The notes below the pieces were generated by a model. That model was not told the origin of the DNA, did no database searches, and saw only the letters and a program-made list of their open reading frames with translations. Both the position numbers and the translations under genes were made by a program. DNA of 64,000 bases from Pyrinomonadaceae bacterium (GTDB lineage: Bacteria > Acidobacteriota > Blastocatellia > Pyrinomonadales > Pyrinomonadaceae): positions 1,116,913 through 1,180,912 of the forward strand of contig JBFWWI010000001.1 in assembly GCA_050246275.1 (NCBI GenBank), given 5' to 3'. Shown here piece by piece: positions 1-8,964 of the stretch; the first letter of the stretch is position 1, and the number at the start of each line of letters is the position of its first letter.

Positions 1-268
1 CGAGCGCGCCGTGCTTGTCTGCGACAGCAATGTGATCCACGGCCACCATCTTCCGCCCTCGCTCCAGACGGCTGAGCTTTCCGATACCGAGACGCACCTG
101 ACGCTCGCCTCCGCTGTCGCCGCATTCGAGCGAGATATGATCATCGACACGCTGAAATCGACTCAAGGCAACATCGCAAAGGCGGCGCGACGGTTGGCAT
201 CGACGGAACGGATACTCGGATACAAGATAAAGAAATACGGAATTGATACAATGCGGTTTCGCAAATGA
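1..268 (+). CDS. 3' end of a sigma-54-dependent (NtrC-family) transcriptional activator. Only the C-terminal Fis-type HTH lies in the window.
   Basis: The ORF is open to the window edge. The tail DMIIDTLKSTQGNIAKAARRLASTERILGYKIKKYGID is a typical Fis/NtrC HTH. An ATGA stop/start overlap joins it to the next gene. Confidence 0.6.
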   Translation, partial: ERAVLVCDSNVIHGHHLPPSLQTAELSDTETHLTLASAVAAFERDMIIDTLKSTQGNIAKAARRLASTERILGYKIKKYGIDTMRFRK

Positions 269-2925
269 GCGTTCCCGAACATCTGATCCGAGATCTGCCC
301 GACCCTATTGCGGTGGGGCAATTTGCCGACCGATTTGCCCAGGATCACCCGTCGCGCTTCCGGCTTCTTTCCAGGAACTCCGCACTTCTCAGCGACGTGC
401 TTACCCTCGCCGCATACAGTCCGCTCCTGGCTGCGACGCTTCTTCAAAACCCCGATCACGTGGCGTGGCTCGACCGGCGGCGAAAGGACAAGGGCATTCG
501 CGGGAAAGAGGAATTGCTCGAATCCCTCGCCCGGTTCGCACTTACGAATTCGCAGCTCGACCACCAGGTGATGCTCGCGCGTTTTCGACGGCGCGAACTC
601 CTCCGGATCTATCTTGCGGACATCCGGCGGCAGCTTGGCATCGCCGAAATAACTGAGGAGCTTTCGAACCTTGCCGACGCGATTCTCGAGTTTGCCCTCA
701 GGCTCGTCCGTCAGGAACTCGACAATCGCCATGGGCCGCCGTTCGAGATCGATGAGAAGGGCCGTGAGATCCGCTCCGGCTCGTGCATTGTTTCGCTTGG
801 AAAGCTTGGTTCGCGCGAACTCAACTACTCGTCCGACATCGATCTGCTGTTCATGTATTCGGCCGAGGGAACGACCTCGGGCCTCGGAAACAGGGGCAAG
901 GTCACCAACCGCGAATACTTTGTAAAACTTGCCGAGCTCGTCGCCAAGATGATCGGCCAGCAGACCGGCGAGGGTGCGACCTATCGGGTCGATCTGCGAC
1001 TTCGCCCGCACGGCCGTGTCGGGCCGCTGGCGATGTCTGTCCGCGACACCGCCCTCTATTACGAGAATGAGGCCGCCGATTGGGAACGTCAGGTGCTTAT
1101 CCGCTCGCGTTCAAGCGCCGGAGAATCCGACCTTTTTGCGGACTTTTACGCGCGGACCGAGTCGCGCATCTTCTCCCGTTCGCAATCCGTTTCATCCGCG
1201 CTTAGGAGCGTAAAGCGGTCAAAACAAAAGATCGATATCGAGCACAATGCCGAGAAGGGATACGACGTCAAGCTCGGCCGCGGCGGGATACGCGAGATCG
1301 AATTCGTGGCCCAGGCCTTACAGCTTGCGTATGGCGGCCGCGATCCGTGGCTTCGTGCGAGCCACACGCTTATCAGCCTTTCACGGCTCACCGATCGCGG
1401 GTTGATCTCGAAACTCGAACAATCCGCACTGTTCGAAGCATACGAATTTCTACGCCGGCTCGAACACATCCTGCAGATGGAGAACGGCCTGCAGACACAT
1501 CTTGTACCGGGCGATCCTGTGCGGCGTACGCTCGTCGCAAGGCGTATGCGTTTCGACGACACAGCGGCGTTCGATCGCGCTCTCGAGCTGCATTCGGCGA
1601 ACGTGCACGCGGTGTTTCGCCGTGTTTTTTCCGATGAGAATATCAGGTCCTCGGAGCGGGACGCGGGCGGGCCGGTCGATGGCGCTTCCGCTCCACCCGC
1701 GGACGAGCCCGAGGTACAAGAGTTTGCGGATAGCCGTCTCGATCTTCTTCGTTCCGCTTCCCAGGCCTTCGCGACGCTGCTGAGATCGACGCCCGACCTC
1801 CCGGAGGCTATCCCTTTCGAGCCGCCTGACTTCCTTGTATGCCTCAAAACGGCAGCAAATGAAGGCTCCGATCGGCGATCGAAGCTTTCGTCAATCCGCC
1901 GCGAGTGGCACCGCCAGCTGATCGCGATCGCGGCATTGGATATGGCGGGCGACATCGACATTCGCGAATCGAAACGCCGTCAGACGCTGCTTGCTGAGGC
2001 AAGTATCGAACTTGCCCTCGCGATAGCCCGCGACGAACTCGCGGCTAGATACGGCACAACCCCGGAGCCTTTTGCTCTCGCTGTGATGGGCGTGGGAAAG
2101 CTCGGCGGCGCCGGCGTGGATTACGGATCGGACCTCGACCTCGTCCTTGTCTTTGACGAAACGCAAAAGGCAGATACCGGCGGCATAACAGCAATGGAAT
2201 ATTACAGCAGGGCCGCGGATCTATTCGTCAACGTGCTGTCGGGCTATACGCGCGACGGCAATCTTTACCGGGTCGATCTGCGGCTTCGTCCGCACGGCAA
2301 GAACGGGCCGAACGTTATCTCGCGTTCGTCCTTTGCGGCGTACTTTGCGGAATCGGCCGCCATTTGGGAGCTTCTCGCCTTCGTGAAACTGCGTGGTGCA
2401 GGCGGCAGGCCGCTGTCTGCCGATATCGAAAGCGAGGTCTCCGCCGTGGTTCACGAGAGAGCATCCCGGATCGAGGCCGCCGAGCTTGCCGCTGAGACGC
2501 GCCGCGTCCGCGAGCTGCTCGAAGCCGAACGCACCGATCGCCGCCGCAGCGAAGTAAATATCAAATACGGCGCCGGCGGAATGCTGGATATCTATTTTGC
2601 CATCCGCTTCCTTCAGCTTCGCGACAACGTGCCCGATGCACAGGACGATAGATCGAGCGAGGCGATGCTCGGCCGCCTTCGTGCGGGCGGCTCGATCACA
2701 TCGGGGCAATTTGACGCGATGCTGTCGGGATATTTATTCCTTTCGCGGCTCGACCATGCGATGCGTCTGACCATCGGACGTTCCCACGTCGTACCGTACG
2801 CCGATCATCCCGCGATGCTCCACATCCTCGAACGCCTCGGGATCATCTCGGCCTCCGACCTTCTCGAGCAGCTCACCCTTCAGCGCTTTGCGGTCCGCGA
2901 AGCCTTTGACGAGATCACGAAGTAA
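265..2925 (+). CDS. glnE: Bifunctional glutamine synthetase adenylyltransferase/adenylyl-removing enzyme
   Basis: 886 aa with two nucleotidyltransferase halves, each carrying G-x-LG-x-RE/SDIDL/YRVDLRLRPHG-type motifs (SSDIDLLFMY...YRVDLRLRPHG and GSDLDLVLVF...YRVDLRLRPHG). Confidence 0.9.
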   Translation: MSVPEHLIRDLPDPIAVGQFADRFAQDHPSRFRLLSRNSALLSDVLTLAAYSPLLAATLLQNPDHVAWLDRRRKDKGIRGKEELLESLARFALTNSQLDHQVMLARFRRRELLRIYLADIRRQLGIAEITEELSNLADAILEFALRLVRQELDNRHGPPFEIDEKGREIRSGSCIVSLGKLGSRELNYSSDIDLLFMYSAEGTTSGLGNRGKVTNREYFVKLAELVAKMIGQQTGEGATYRVDLRLRPHGRVGPLAMSVRDTALYYENEAADWERQVLIRSRSSAGESDLFADFYARTESRIFSRSQSVSSALRSVKRSKQKIDIEHNAEKGYDVKLGRGGIREIEFVAQALQLAYGGRDPWLRASHTLISLSRLTDRGLISKLEQSALFEAYEFLRRLEHILQMENGLQTHLVPGDPVRRTLVARRMRFDDTAAFDRALELHSANVHAVFRRVFSDENIRSSERDAGGPVDGASAPPADEPEVQEFADSRLDLLRSASQAFATLLRSTPDLPEAIPFEPPDFLVCLKTAANEGSDRRSKLSSIRREWHRQLIAIAALDMAGDIDIRESKRRQTLLAEASIELALAIARDELAARYGTTPEPFALAVMGVGKLGGAGVDYGSDLDLVLVFDETQKADTGGITAMEYYSRAADLFVNVLSGYTRDGNLYRVDLRLRPHGKNGPNVISRSSFAAYFAESAAIWELLAFVKLRGAGGRPLSADIESEVSAVVHERASRIEAAELAAETRRVRELLEAERTDRRRSEVNIKYGAGGMLDIYFAIRFLQLRDNVPDAQDDRSSEAMLGRLRAGGSITSGQFDAMLSGYLFLSRLDHAMRLTIGRSHVVPYADHPAMLHILERLGIISASDLLEQLTLQRFAVREAFDEITK

Positions 2926-2965
2926 AACTTCGACTGCCTTGCTGCATGCGGTTATAATCGCAGAT

Positions 2966-4030
2966 GTGAATTCCCTCGCATCTTTGGCCGCGGCCGTTTT
3001 GATCGGTTCATTGTTCTCGATAGGTGCTTTCGCTCAATCGGGCCGGCAGACCGGCTATTCGGAAGGAACTGCACGAATAAAGGCAAAAAAGGCGGATCTG
3101 CCCGACGCGGCCGACGACACGATACGCGTGGAAACCGACCTCGTAACCGTCCCCGTAAGGGTGACGTCGAAGGACTCAAAACCGCTTTCGGACCTCAAGC
3201 AGGCGGAGTTTCGTATCTTCGAGAATGGCGTCGAACAGAACGTCGCCTACTTTTCCAGCGTCGATCAGCCCTTCACCGTCGCATTGCTTCTCGATATGAG
3301 CTACTCGACGGTCTTCAGGCTCAACGACATACAGGCCGCGGCGTTGCTTTTTGTGCGCCAATTGAAGGAGAACGACCGGGTCACGGTGATCGCTTTCGAT
3401 CAAAAACCGCGGGTGCTGTGCCGTCCGACGAGCGACCGCCGCGTTCTGCAGCTCGCGATCGAGGCCGCAAAGACCGGCTCCGGTACGAGCGTGTATGATT
3501 CGCTCGATGTCGCCCTGAACTCACAGCTTGCCGGCGTTTCCGGCCGAAAGGCCATCGTGATGCTTAGCGACGGCGTCGACACATTCAGCGCAAGATCATC
3601 TAAGAAGGAGATACTCGGAATTCTCGAGGAGGAAGACGTCATCGTTTACCCGCTGCGTTACGACACCTACGACGATGTGCGCAAGAATCGCCGTAAAGAT
3701 GCCGAGATCCGCTACGACGATGACGACCGGCCGTACGTCTACGAACGTGCTCCGGTGAAAGGCGAGCGCGAGATCGACTACGTCGAGGCCCGGGAATTTC
3801 TCGATGAGATCGCAGGTGTATCGGGCGGCCGCGTTTTTAAGGTTTCTTCGACGACCAACCTCAACAGCGCTTTCACAAAGATCGCCGAAGAACTTCGCAA
3901 AACATACAGTTTGGGGTATTATCCTACGGATGAGCGCCGCCCGGGCGCCGTTTACACCCTAAAAGTCAGGATCAACCGTCCGAATCTGAACATTCGTACC
4001 CGCGAGAGCATTATCAAGCGGCCCGAATGA
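2966..4030 (+). CDS. Secreted VWA-domain protein (VWFA-related acidobacterial-type)
   Basis: The GTG at 2966 gives a signal-like N-terminus (VNSLASLAAAVLIGSLFSIGAFAQ). FRIFENGVEQNVAYF followed by LLLDMSYS...MLSDGVD fits a VWA/MIDAS-like fold. The longer ORF from 2888 would overlap glnE. Confidence 0.75.
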   Translation: MNSLASLAAAVLIGSLFSIGAFAQSGRQTGYSEGTARIKAKKADLPDAADDTIRVETDLVTVPVRVTSKDSKPLSDLKQAEFRIFENGVEQNVAYFSSVDQPFTVALLLDMSYSTVFRLNDIQAAALLFVRQLKENDRVTVIAFDQKPRVLCRPTSDRRVLQLAIEAAKTGSGTSVYDSLDVALNSQLAGVSGRKAIVMLSDGVDTFSARSSKKEILGILEEEDVIVYPLRYDTYDDVRKNRRKDAEIRYDDDDRPYVYERAPVKGEREIDYVEAREFLDEIAGVSGGRVFKVSSTTNLNSAFTKIAEELRKTYSLGYYPTDERRPGAVYTLKVRINRPNLNIRTRESIIKRPE

Positions 4031-4081
4031 CCAATTCCTCCCCGATCGGGAACGGCGGTTAAGTGATAAAAGGAGAATCGT

Positions 4082-4957
4082 ATGAGAAGCAGAATCTTTG
4101 TTCTTTCGCTCGCCATTGTCCTCACATTCGGCGCGCTCAATGCCGCGATCGCGCAGGAGGAGGTGATGACGAATGACGAGGTCATCTCCCTCACCAAGGC
4201 AGGCCTCGCCGGGTCGGTGATCATCGGAAAGATCCGTACGTCAAAGTCCAACTTCGATATGTCGACCGATGCCCTTATCAAGCTGAAGCAGGCCGGCGTC
4301 GGCGATGACGTGGTCGGTGCGATGCTCGAGGCAAAGACCGGCAGATCGACGGAGAGTTCGTCCGGTGCGGCACCGGTCGGCGCTACCGGGGACCCGAACG
4401 ACCCGATGGCGAAACACAGCTACGGCATCTACCTTTACGAAGAAGATGGCGGACAGCGAAAGATGACACAGCTGCAGCCGAACGTCTCAGCCCAGAACCG
4501 CACAGGCGGTGCATTTACGGCGTCGATCACACCCTTTGGACTTGGCAAGGTCAAGACCAAGGCGAACCTGCCGGGACGCAATGCCAGCCTTCAGATCAGA
4601 TCGACCTCGCCCGTCTTTTACTTCTATCTCGATGTCTCGAGCGGCGGCCTGAATACGGCCAGCGGCATCCCCTCGACACCGAACGAATTCACCCTCGTCC
4701 GTTTTAACCAGCGGAGCGATAACCGCGAGGTGACGATCGCAAAGGCGAACTCGTGGGGCGGCAAGGGCGGCCTTTCGGACGAGTATGTGGTTCCCCTCAA
4801 GGCCGAAGACCTCGGCAACGGAGTTTTCCGCGTGACCGCCGCTGTCGACCTGAAGAAAGGCGAATACGGCTTTTATCTTGTCAATTCCGGCAACTCGAAT
4901 ACGAGCGCGGGCGTCGGCTCTAAGTTCTTTGATTTCGGCGTCAATATGACCCCGTAG
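4082..4957 (+). CDS. Hypothetical secreted protein
   Basis: GGAG-type RBS ahead of the ATG; signal peptide MRSRIFVLSLAIVLTFGALNAAIAQ. No family motif recognised. Confidence 0.6.
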   Translation: MRSRIFVLSLAIVLTFGALNAAIAQEEVMTNDEVISLTKAGLAGSVIIGKIRTSKSNFDMSTDALIKLKQAGVGDDVVGAMLEAKTGRSTESSSGAAPVGATGDPNDPMAKHSYGIYLYEEDGGQRKMTQLQPNVSAQNRTGGAFTASITPFGLGKVKTKANLPGRNASLQIRSTSPVFYFYLDVSSGGLNTASGIPSTPNEFTLVRFNQRSDNREVTIAKANSWGGKGGLSDEYVVPLKAEDLGNGVFRVTAAVDLKKGEYGFYLVNSGNSNTSAGVGSKFFDFGVNMTP

Positions 4958-4992
4958 CTCGATCAACCCCGATGCGTTCGCGCTTCACTTTT

Positions 4993-5034
4993 GGCCCCGG
5001 GCAGAAAATGTGTTCTGTCCGGGCCTTGCTTTTC
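4993..5034 (+). terminator. Rho-independent terminator candidate
   Basis: GGCCCCGGGCAGAA-loop-TTCTGTCCGGGCC hairpin followed by TTGCTTTT, just after the stop at 4957. Confidence 0.55.
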
Positions 5035-5056
5035 AAAATAGGTTCTGAGGATCGTT

Positions 5057-5428
5057 ATGTACGCTATTGCGGCCGTTGGGCTGCTGACGGTCGTTTTTAG
5101 CACGCTGATGGCGGCAAGCCCCGAACGCTGGTCACGCGGGATCATCACGTTCGCCGCCAAGCCTTACTTTCACATCGCGGAGATCTCATCACGCACGCTG
5201 CTGGGTCTGGTCTTGTTGATCTTCGCGGGCTCGACGCTTTATCCCGTATTCATTATGATCGTCGGCGGTGTTTTCCTATTTGCCGGAGTGTTCCTGATCT
5301 TCGCAGGGCCGCGGCGCCACCGCGAATTCGCCGTCCGCTCGGCGGGGTTCAAAAAGGTCTTTCGTCCGGCCGGGATCGCCGGAGCGGCCTTTGGCGCATT
5401 CATCATCTACACCGCACTCGCAGGCTGA
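5057..5428 (+). CDS. Small integral membrane protein (hypothetical)
   Basis: 123 aa with four hydrophobic segments (e.g. LLGLVLLIFAGSTLYPVFIMIVGGVFLFAGVFLIFAG). Confidence 0.5.
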   Translation: MYAIAAVGLLTVVFSTLMAASPERWSRGIITFAAKPYFHIAEISSRTLLGLVLLIFAGSTLYPVFIMIVGGVFLFAGVFLIFAGPRRHREFAVRSAGFKKVFRPAGIAGAAFGAFIIYTALAG

Positions 5429-5622
5429 GCCGCAGACGGCCCCAACGCGAGCAGATTGCTATTTCCCCGAAATAAGCACATACTCATAGACGAAACGAGT
5501 CTCGCTCACTCCTTTTTCAGCCTTCCCGAATACGTCGGATCGATCCTGAGACAAGCAGCAAGTTGAATGGCCGTTCATCTTCAAACGATGGCCGAAGCTG
5601 TTTTGGAACCAGGAGAATTTTT

Positions 5623-6168
5623 ATGTCCGACAAATTAGATCTGATCGAAACCATCAAGAAAGAAGATAAGTGGTCCACATTCGCCCGCGTTATGGAATCG
5701 TCGGGTGCGTTCAGCGCCATCGCCAGCGGCAGCGAATTCACGGTCTTTGCACCGACGAACGACGCCTTTGGCAAGATCGCCGACGCGACGATCGACGAGC
5801 TGTTGAACGAGCCGAACCAGATAAAGCTCAAGGCGATCCTGACCAATCACATCGTCGCCGGTAAGCTGATGGCCGCCAATCTGCCGTCGAGCCCGACAAG
5901 AACTTCCGTTGCGGGTGACGAGCTGGCTTTCGGCGACACGAACGGCCTTAGAGTAAATGGAGCGACGATCCAGGCACGCAATATCGAAGCGACAAACGGC
6001 GTGATACACCAGGTTGATGCGGTCCTTATCCCGACCCCAAAGCGATCGATCGCAGCCGCCGGAGCATCGGAAGCAGCCAAGACGGTTTCCGCCGCGCCCG
6101 TCACCGCACCGCTCGAAACACCGGCAGCAGCCGCGACCGAGCCCAAAAAGCCGACAACTATACTCTAG
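5623..6168 (+). CDS. Fasciclin (FAS1) domain protein
   Basis: The ATG at 5623 is preceded by AGGAGA. FTVFAPTNDAF ... NGVIHQVDAVLIP are the conserved FAS1 H1/H2-type motifs. The C-terminal tail is Ala/Pro-rich. Confidence 0.8.
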   Translation: MSDKLDLIETIKKEDKWSTFARVMESSGAFSAIASGSEFTVFAPTNDAFGKIADATIDELLNEPNQIKLKAILTNHIVAGKLMAANLPSSPTRTSVAGDELAFGDTNGLRVNGATIQARNIEATNGVIHQVDAVLIPTPKRSIAAAGASEAAKTVSAAPVTAPLETPAAAATEPKKPTTIL

Positions 6169-6205
6169 TTCGCCCTTATCGATAACGTCTACCACACCAC
6201 ATACA

Positions 6206-6241
6206 GGGCCCGCGTTCCAGATTGGAGCGCGGGCCTCTTGT
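6206..6241 (+). terminator. Rho-independent terminator candidate after the fasciclin gene
   Basis: GGCCCGCG (6207-6214) pairs with CGCGGGCC (6228-6235), followed by TCTTGT. Confidence 0.6.
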
Positions 6242-6496
6242 CCGTAGGCTCCGAACCGCCGCCACTCGGCAGAAAGCCCAACCCATTGACGCGATAATGT
6301 GCTATACTTGTAACGGCGTGCTCTCGTCGATTCAGGTCGGCGCGAGCATTGGTTCTTTGAAAATAGAAGGATCGGGCCGGCTGTAGCGGGCGAAGCCAGG
6401 AAACAGGAAATTTTACTTAACAAGAAGTACTGTTCCCAACCGTTCGCGAACGCCGTAACCGCAACGACAACAATAACTTAGAGCGTCAACCTGAGG

Positions 6497-6565
6497 AGTT
6501 TCCAAGCAGGTTTCCAAGCGGTTTCCAAGCTGGTTTCCAAGCTGGTTTCCAAACGGTTTCCAGGC
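6497..6565. repeat. Six head-to-tail copies of an 11-12 bp unit (consensus GGTTTCCAAGC)
   Basis: Read directly: aGTTTCCAAGC aGGTTTCCAAGC GGTTTCCAAGC tGGTTTCCAAGC tGGTTTCCAAaC GGTTTCCAgGC. Intergenic. Confidence 0.9.
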
Positions 6566-6743
6566 AGATGCCGCGCGAGGTTTACGCTGAGGCTAACCCT
6601 CTTGTTTGCTTTGGTTTACACCGGCGGACCGGGTGATCGCCCGAGATCGGCCAGGGGAGACGTTTGGTGCGTACGTGCCGTCCGGCGCATAATGTATGTT
6701 CCCCTTTCGTGCCCGCTCTCGTTGTGATAGTGAGGAGAGACCA

Positions 6744-7190
6744 ATGCAAAAATACGCCCGATTTGGGGCAATGATCGCGGCTTCGACAGCATTGATGTTC
6801 TGTCTTATGTACCTCAACACATACAGTTGGGATCATGCCTTTTTCAGCGAAACGCGCACTTATATGGCGTTCTTGATGGGGGCGTCGATGGCGGTCTTGA
6901 TGCTGCTTTTCATGATCGATATGTACCCGAGCCGCAAGGCGAACATCGGGATCGTAGTGGGCAGCATCGCGGTCTTTGCCGTCTCGCTTTGGCTTGTGCG
7001 GAGCCAGGAGACGGTCGAGGATGTATCGTGGATGAAGGCCATGATCCCGCATCACTCGATCGCCATACTGACCAGCGAACGTGCAAACATCTCGGACCCG
7101 CGTGTAAGAAAACTCGCCGACGGGATAATCGAAACGCAACGCCGCGAGATCGCTGAGATGGAGGCATTGATCAAGGAGTTGGACCGATGA
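6744..7190 (+). CDS. DUF305-family protein (membrane-anchored; the family is often linked to metal/copper stress)
   Basis: The ATG at 6744 is preceded by GAGGAGAG. N-terminal TM segments are followed by MIPHHSIAILTSERA...LADGIIETQRREIAEMEALIKEL, the HH...Q..EI..M pattern of DUF305. Confidence 0.75.
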   Translation: MQKYARFGAMIAASTALMFCLMYLNTYSWDHAFFSETRTYMAFLMGASMAVLMLLFMIDMYPSRKANIGIVVGSIAVFAVSLWLVRSQETVEDVSWMKAMIPHHSIAILTSERANISDPRVRKLADGIIETQRREIAEMEALIKELDR

Positions 7191-7211
7191 TCCGCAACGG
7201 CGCACCGGAGA

Positions 7212-7245
7212 GGCCCCGGATGTAACCTCGGGGCCGTTCTGATTG
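7212..7245 (+). terminator. Terminator-like hairpin after the DUF305 gene
   Basis: GGCCCCG (7212-7218) pairs with CGGGGCC (7229-7235). The T tail is weak (GTTCTGATT). Confidence 0.45.
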
Positions 7246-7695
7246 TGTGGGTGACGTTTGGTGGGACTGAATTCTACGGACCTACCAAAGGGATCGACTA
7301 AACTATGTCAGGTGCCCGATGCTGCCGTGGATGTCAGGCGGTTTTGCGATACGAACGCCTCGACAGGGTTATCGATCCTTTTGGTTGGCGGTTTCAAAGG
7401 CATCGTCGATGTGATCGAGCTTGGACCGATCGGGCGATTTTTTCGGCTTCGGGGCGATCGGCCTTCCGCCTCGTACCTTTCTCCGTGATCCGTGGGTGGG
7501 ATCACCTCAAACTGATTTATACCCCAATGCTCGTGATCGCTCATATGTGTCTCGGTCGCCTTCGGATCGTTCCTTCAGAATGTTTTGATTATAGTGGCGA
7601 TCTGCTCGTCCTGTATGTACGGTTGCACACACACACTCAGCGGGCAGCGACGATCGGGGGATTCCGGGGAACATTCATCTTTCGAAAGCGACAGA

Positions 7696-8934
7696 TCACT
7701 TGGCCTCGCCGGAACGCCGGCGGCGGATGAGCGAACGGGCGGCGGCGAGAGCCTCTTTGTAGGCGTCTTTGTCGGTCTGCGGGCTGCACATCACAGCTCG
7801 GTCGTCGATGAAGGCGGACGCGACGGGCTTTCCGCGGCCGATGTAAACATCGCGAAAGGGTATCTTGTACCGCTCGAGCCAATCGATGATCTTTACACGC
7901 ATACGGACCGGGTCGATCATTCTGCCCGTCTCGTCGCCGAGGTCTTCGCTGCAGCGGGACGAATAGATCACGATGTCCGCTATCTTGTCGAGGGCGAGGG
8001 CGAAATCGCGGGCACCCTTGAGCGGTTCGCCGATCAGCTCAGGGCCTTTCCAGCCGTCGTACGAGGCGAGAACGCCGTCGAGGTCGATGCACACGCGCGG
8101 CTTGCGCTTGACCGCCGGCTTTTTAGGTTTAGGGGCGGGTTTTGGATCTTTCTTTACTGCACGCTTCTTTACTCTTGGCAGCGGTGCAGGGCGTGCGGAG
8201 AGCATCGCCTCGATCGCTTCGCCGCCCTCGAGCCATTCCTGCCCGATCATCGGGTCGAAATTCCTTACGCGTGTGAAATGCTTTCGCGTATGATGTCGGC
8301 CCGGCAGACGCAGCGTATAAGGCAGATCGTCCGGCCCGACTTCCCGCTTTGGCGGAAAGATCTCCGGCTTGCGCGGAAGGTCGAGTTGCTGCCAATCGGA
8401 GCGGACCGAATCGGCATAATCGTAAACATCGGCGAGCGGGTATTCGCGGTCGAGAAGTACCCATATGTGATAACCTCCCACGCCGTTGCTGTCGAAGACG
8501 AGCGGATCGAAACCGGCTGTCCGCAGACGCCCGGCCCAGACCATCGCGGCGTTCAGATTGGCCTCAGCGATCTCGCCGGCATTCGCCAGCGTTTCGTCGT
8601 GTAGGTCGATATCGATCGCGAACCACTTGGCCGTCTGATGATCGCTGATCGAATGAAGGCCGATGAGGTGCGAAACGACGCGGCCGGCAAAATGACGCTT
8701 GAGCTTGGTGATCGTCACCATATCGGTGCCCGCCGCTCGACGTTCTTTGATAGGCAACATCACAACGCGCACCTCGCCGTTGCGAAGCGTGTACTGGCTC
8801 CACACATCGCGGCGGTTCGCGAGGTGCTCCATCGCCCACTCGGCGAGTCGCTCGGAATAGTTTTGCCATTCCGACGCGATCCAGAGCATCCGGCGGTCGC
8901 CCGCAAATTCGATACCTATGTCGGTAGCTGCCAT
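7696..8934 (-). CDS. Archaeo-eukaryotic primase-polymerase (AEP/PrimPol) domain fused through a Lys/Pro-rich linker to a C-terminal HAD-superfamily phosphatase domain
   Basis: AEP motifs: FAIDIDLHD (DxD), NGVGGYHIWVLL (sGxxH) and LRLPGRHHTRKH (motif III region). Linker: KKRAVKKDPKPAPKPKKPAVKRKPR. HAD motifs: I CIDLDGVL, II VIYSSR, III GRGKP, IV AFIDDR. Confidence 0.75.
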   Translation of the reverse strand: MAATDIGIEFAGDRRMLWIASEWQNYSERLAEWAMEHLANRRDVWSQYTLRNGEVRVVMLPIKERRAAGTDMVTITKLKRHFAGRVVSHLIGLHSISDHQTAKWFAIDIDLHDETLANAGEIAEANLNAAMVWAGRLRTAGFDPLVFDSNGVGGYHIWVLLDREYPLADVYDYADSVRSDWQQLDLPRKPEIFPPKREVGPDDLPYTLRLPGRHHTRKHFTRVRNFDPMIGQEWLEGGEAIEAMLSARPAPLPRVKKRAVKKDPKPAPKPKKPAVKRKPRVCIDLDGVLASYDGWKGPELIGEPLKGARDFALALDKIADIVIYSSRCSEDLGDETGRMIDPVRMRVKIIDWLERYKIPFRDVYIGRGKPVASAFIDDRAVMCSPQTDKDAYKEALAAARSLIRRRRSGEAK

Positions 8935-8964
8935 CGAGGAATGCCTTCGCCTAAGCGATCGTGG

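Noticed and set aside
163-1961. Long antisense and out-of-frame ORFs within glnE (163-1011 minus, 1146-1961 minus, and several plus-frame ORFs). Similar cases occur at 38711-39541, 50063-50710 and 52936-53694.
   Set aside because: They overlap genes with unambiguous family motifs on the other strand or frame, and they have Arg/Ser/Pro-rich, motif-less translations.
7308-7544. A 78-aa minus-strand ORF downstream of the PrimPol-HAD gene.
   Set aside because: It has no convincing RBS and no motif, and several overlapping ORFs in other frames are of similar length. It is kept only as a possibility under the 3'-region finding.
7626-7636. A (CA)5 microsatellite downstream of the PrimPol-HAD stop.
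   Set aside because: It is too short to argue for phase variation, and it is not within a CDS or an obvious promoter.
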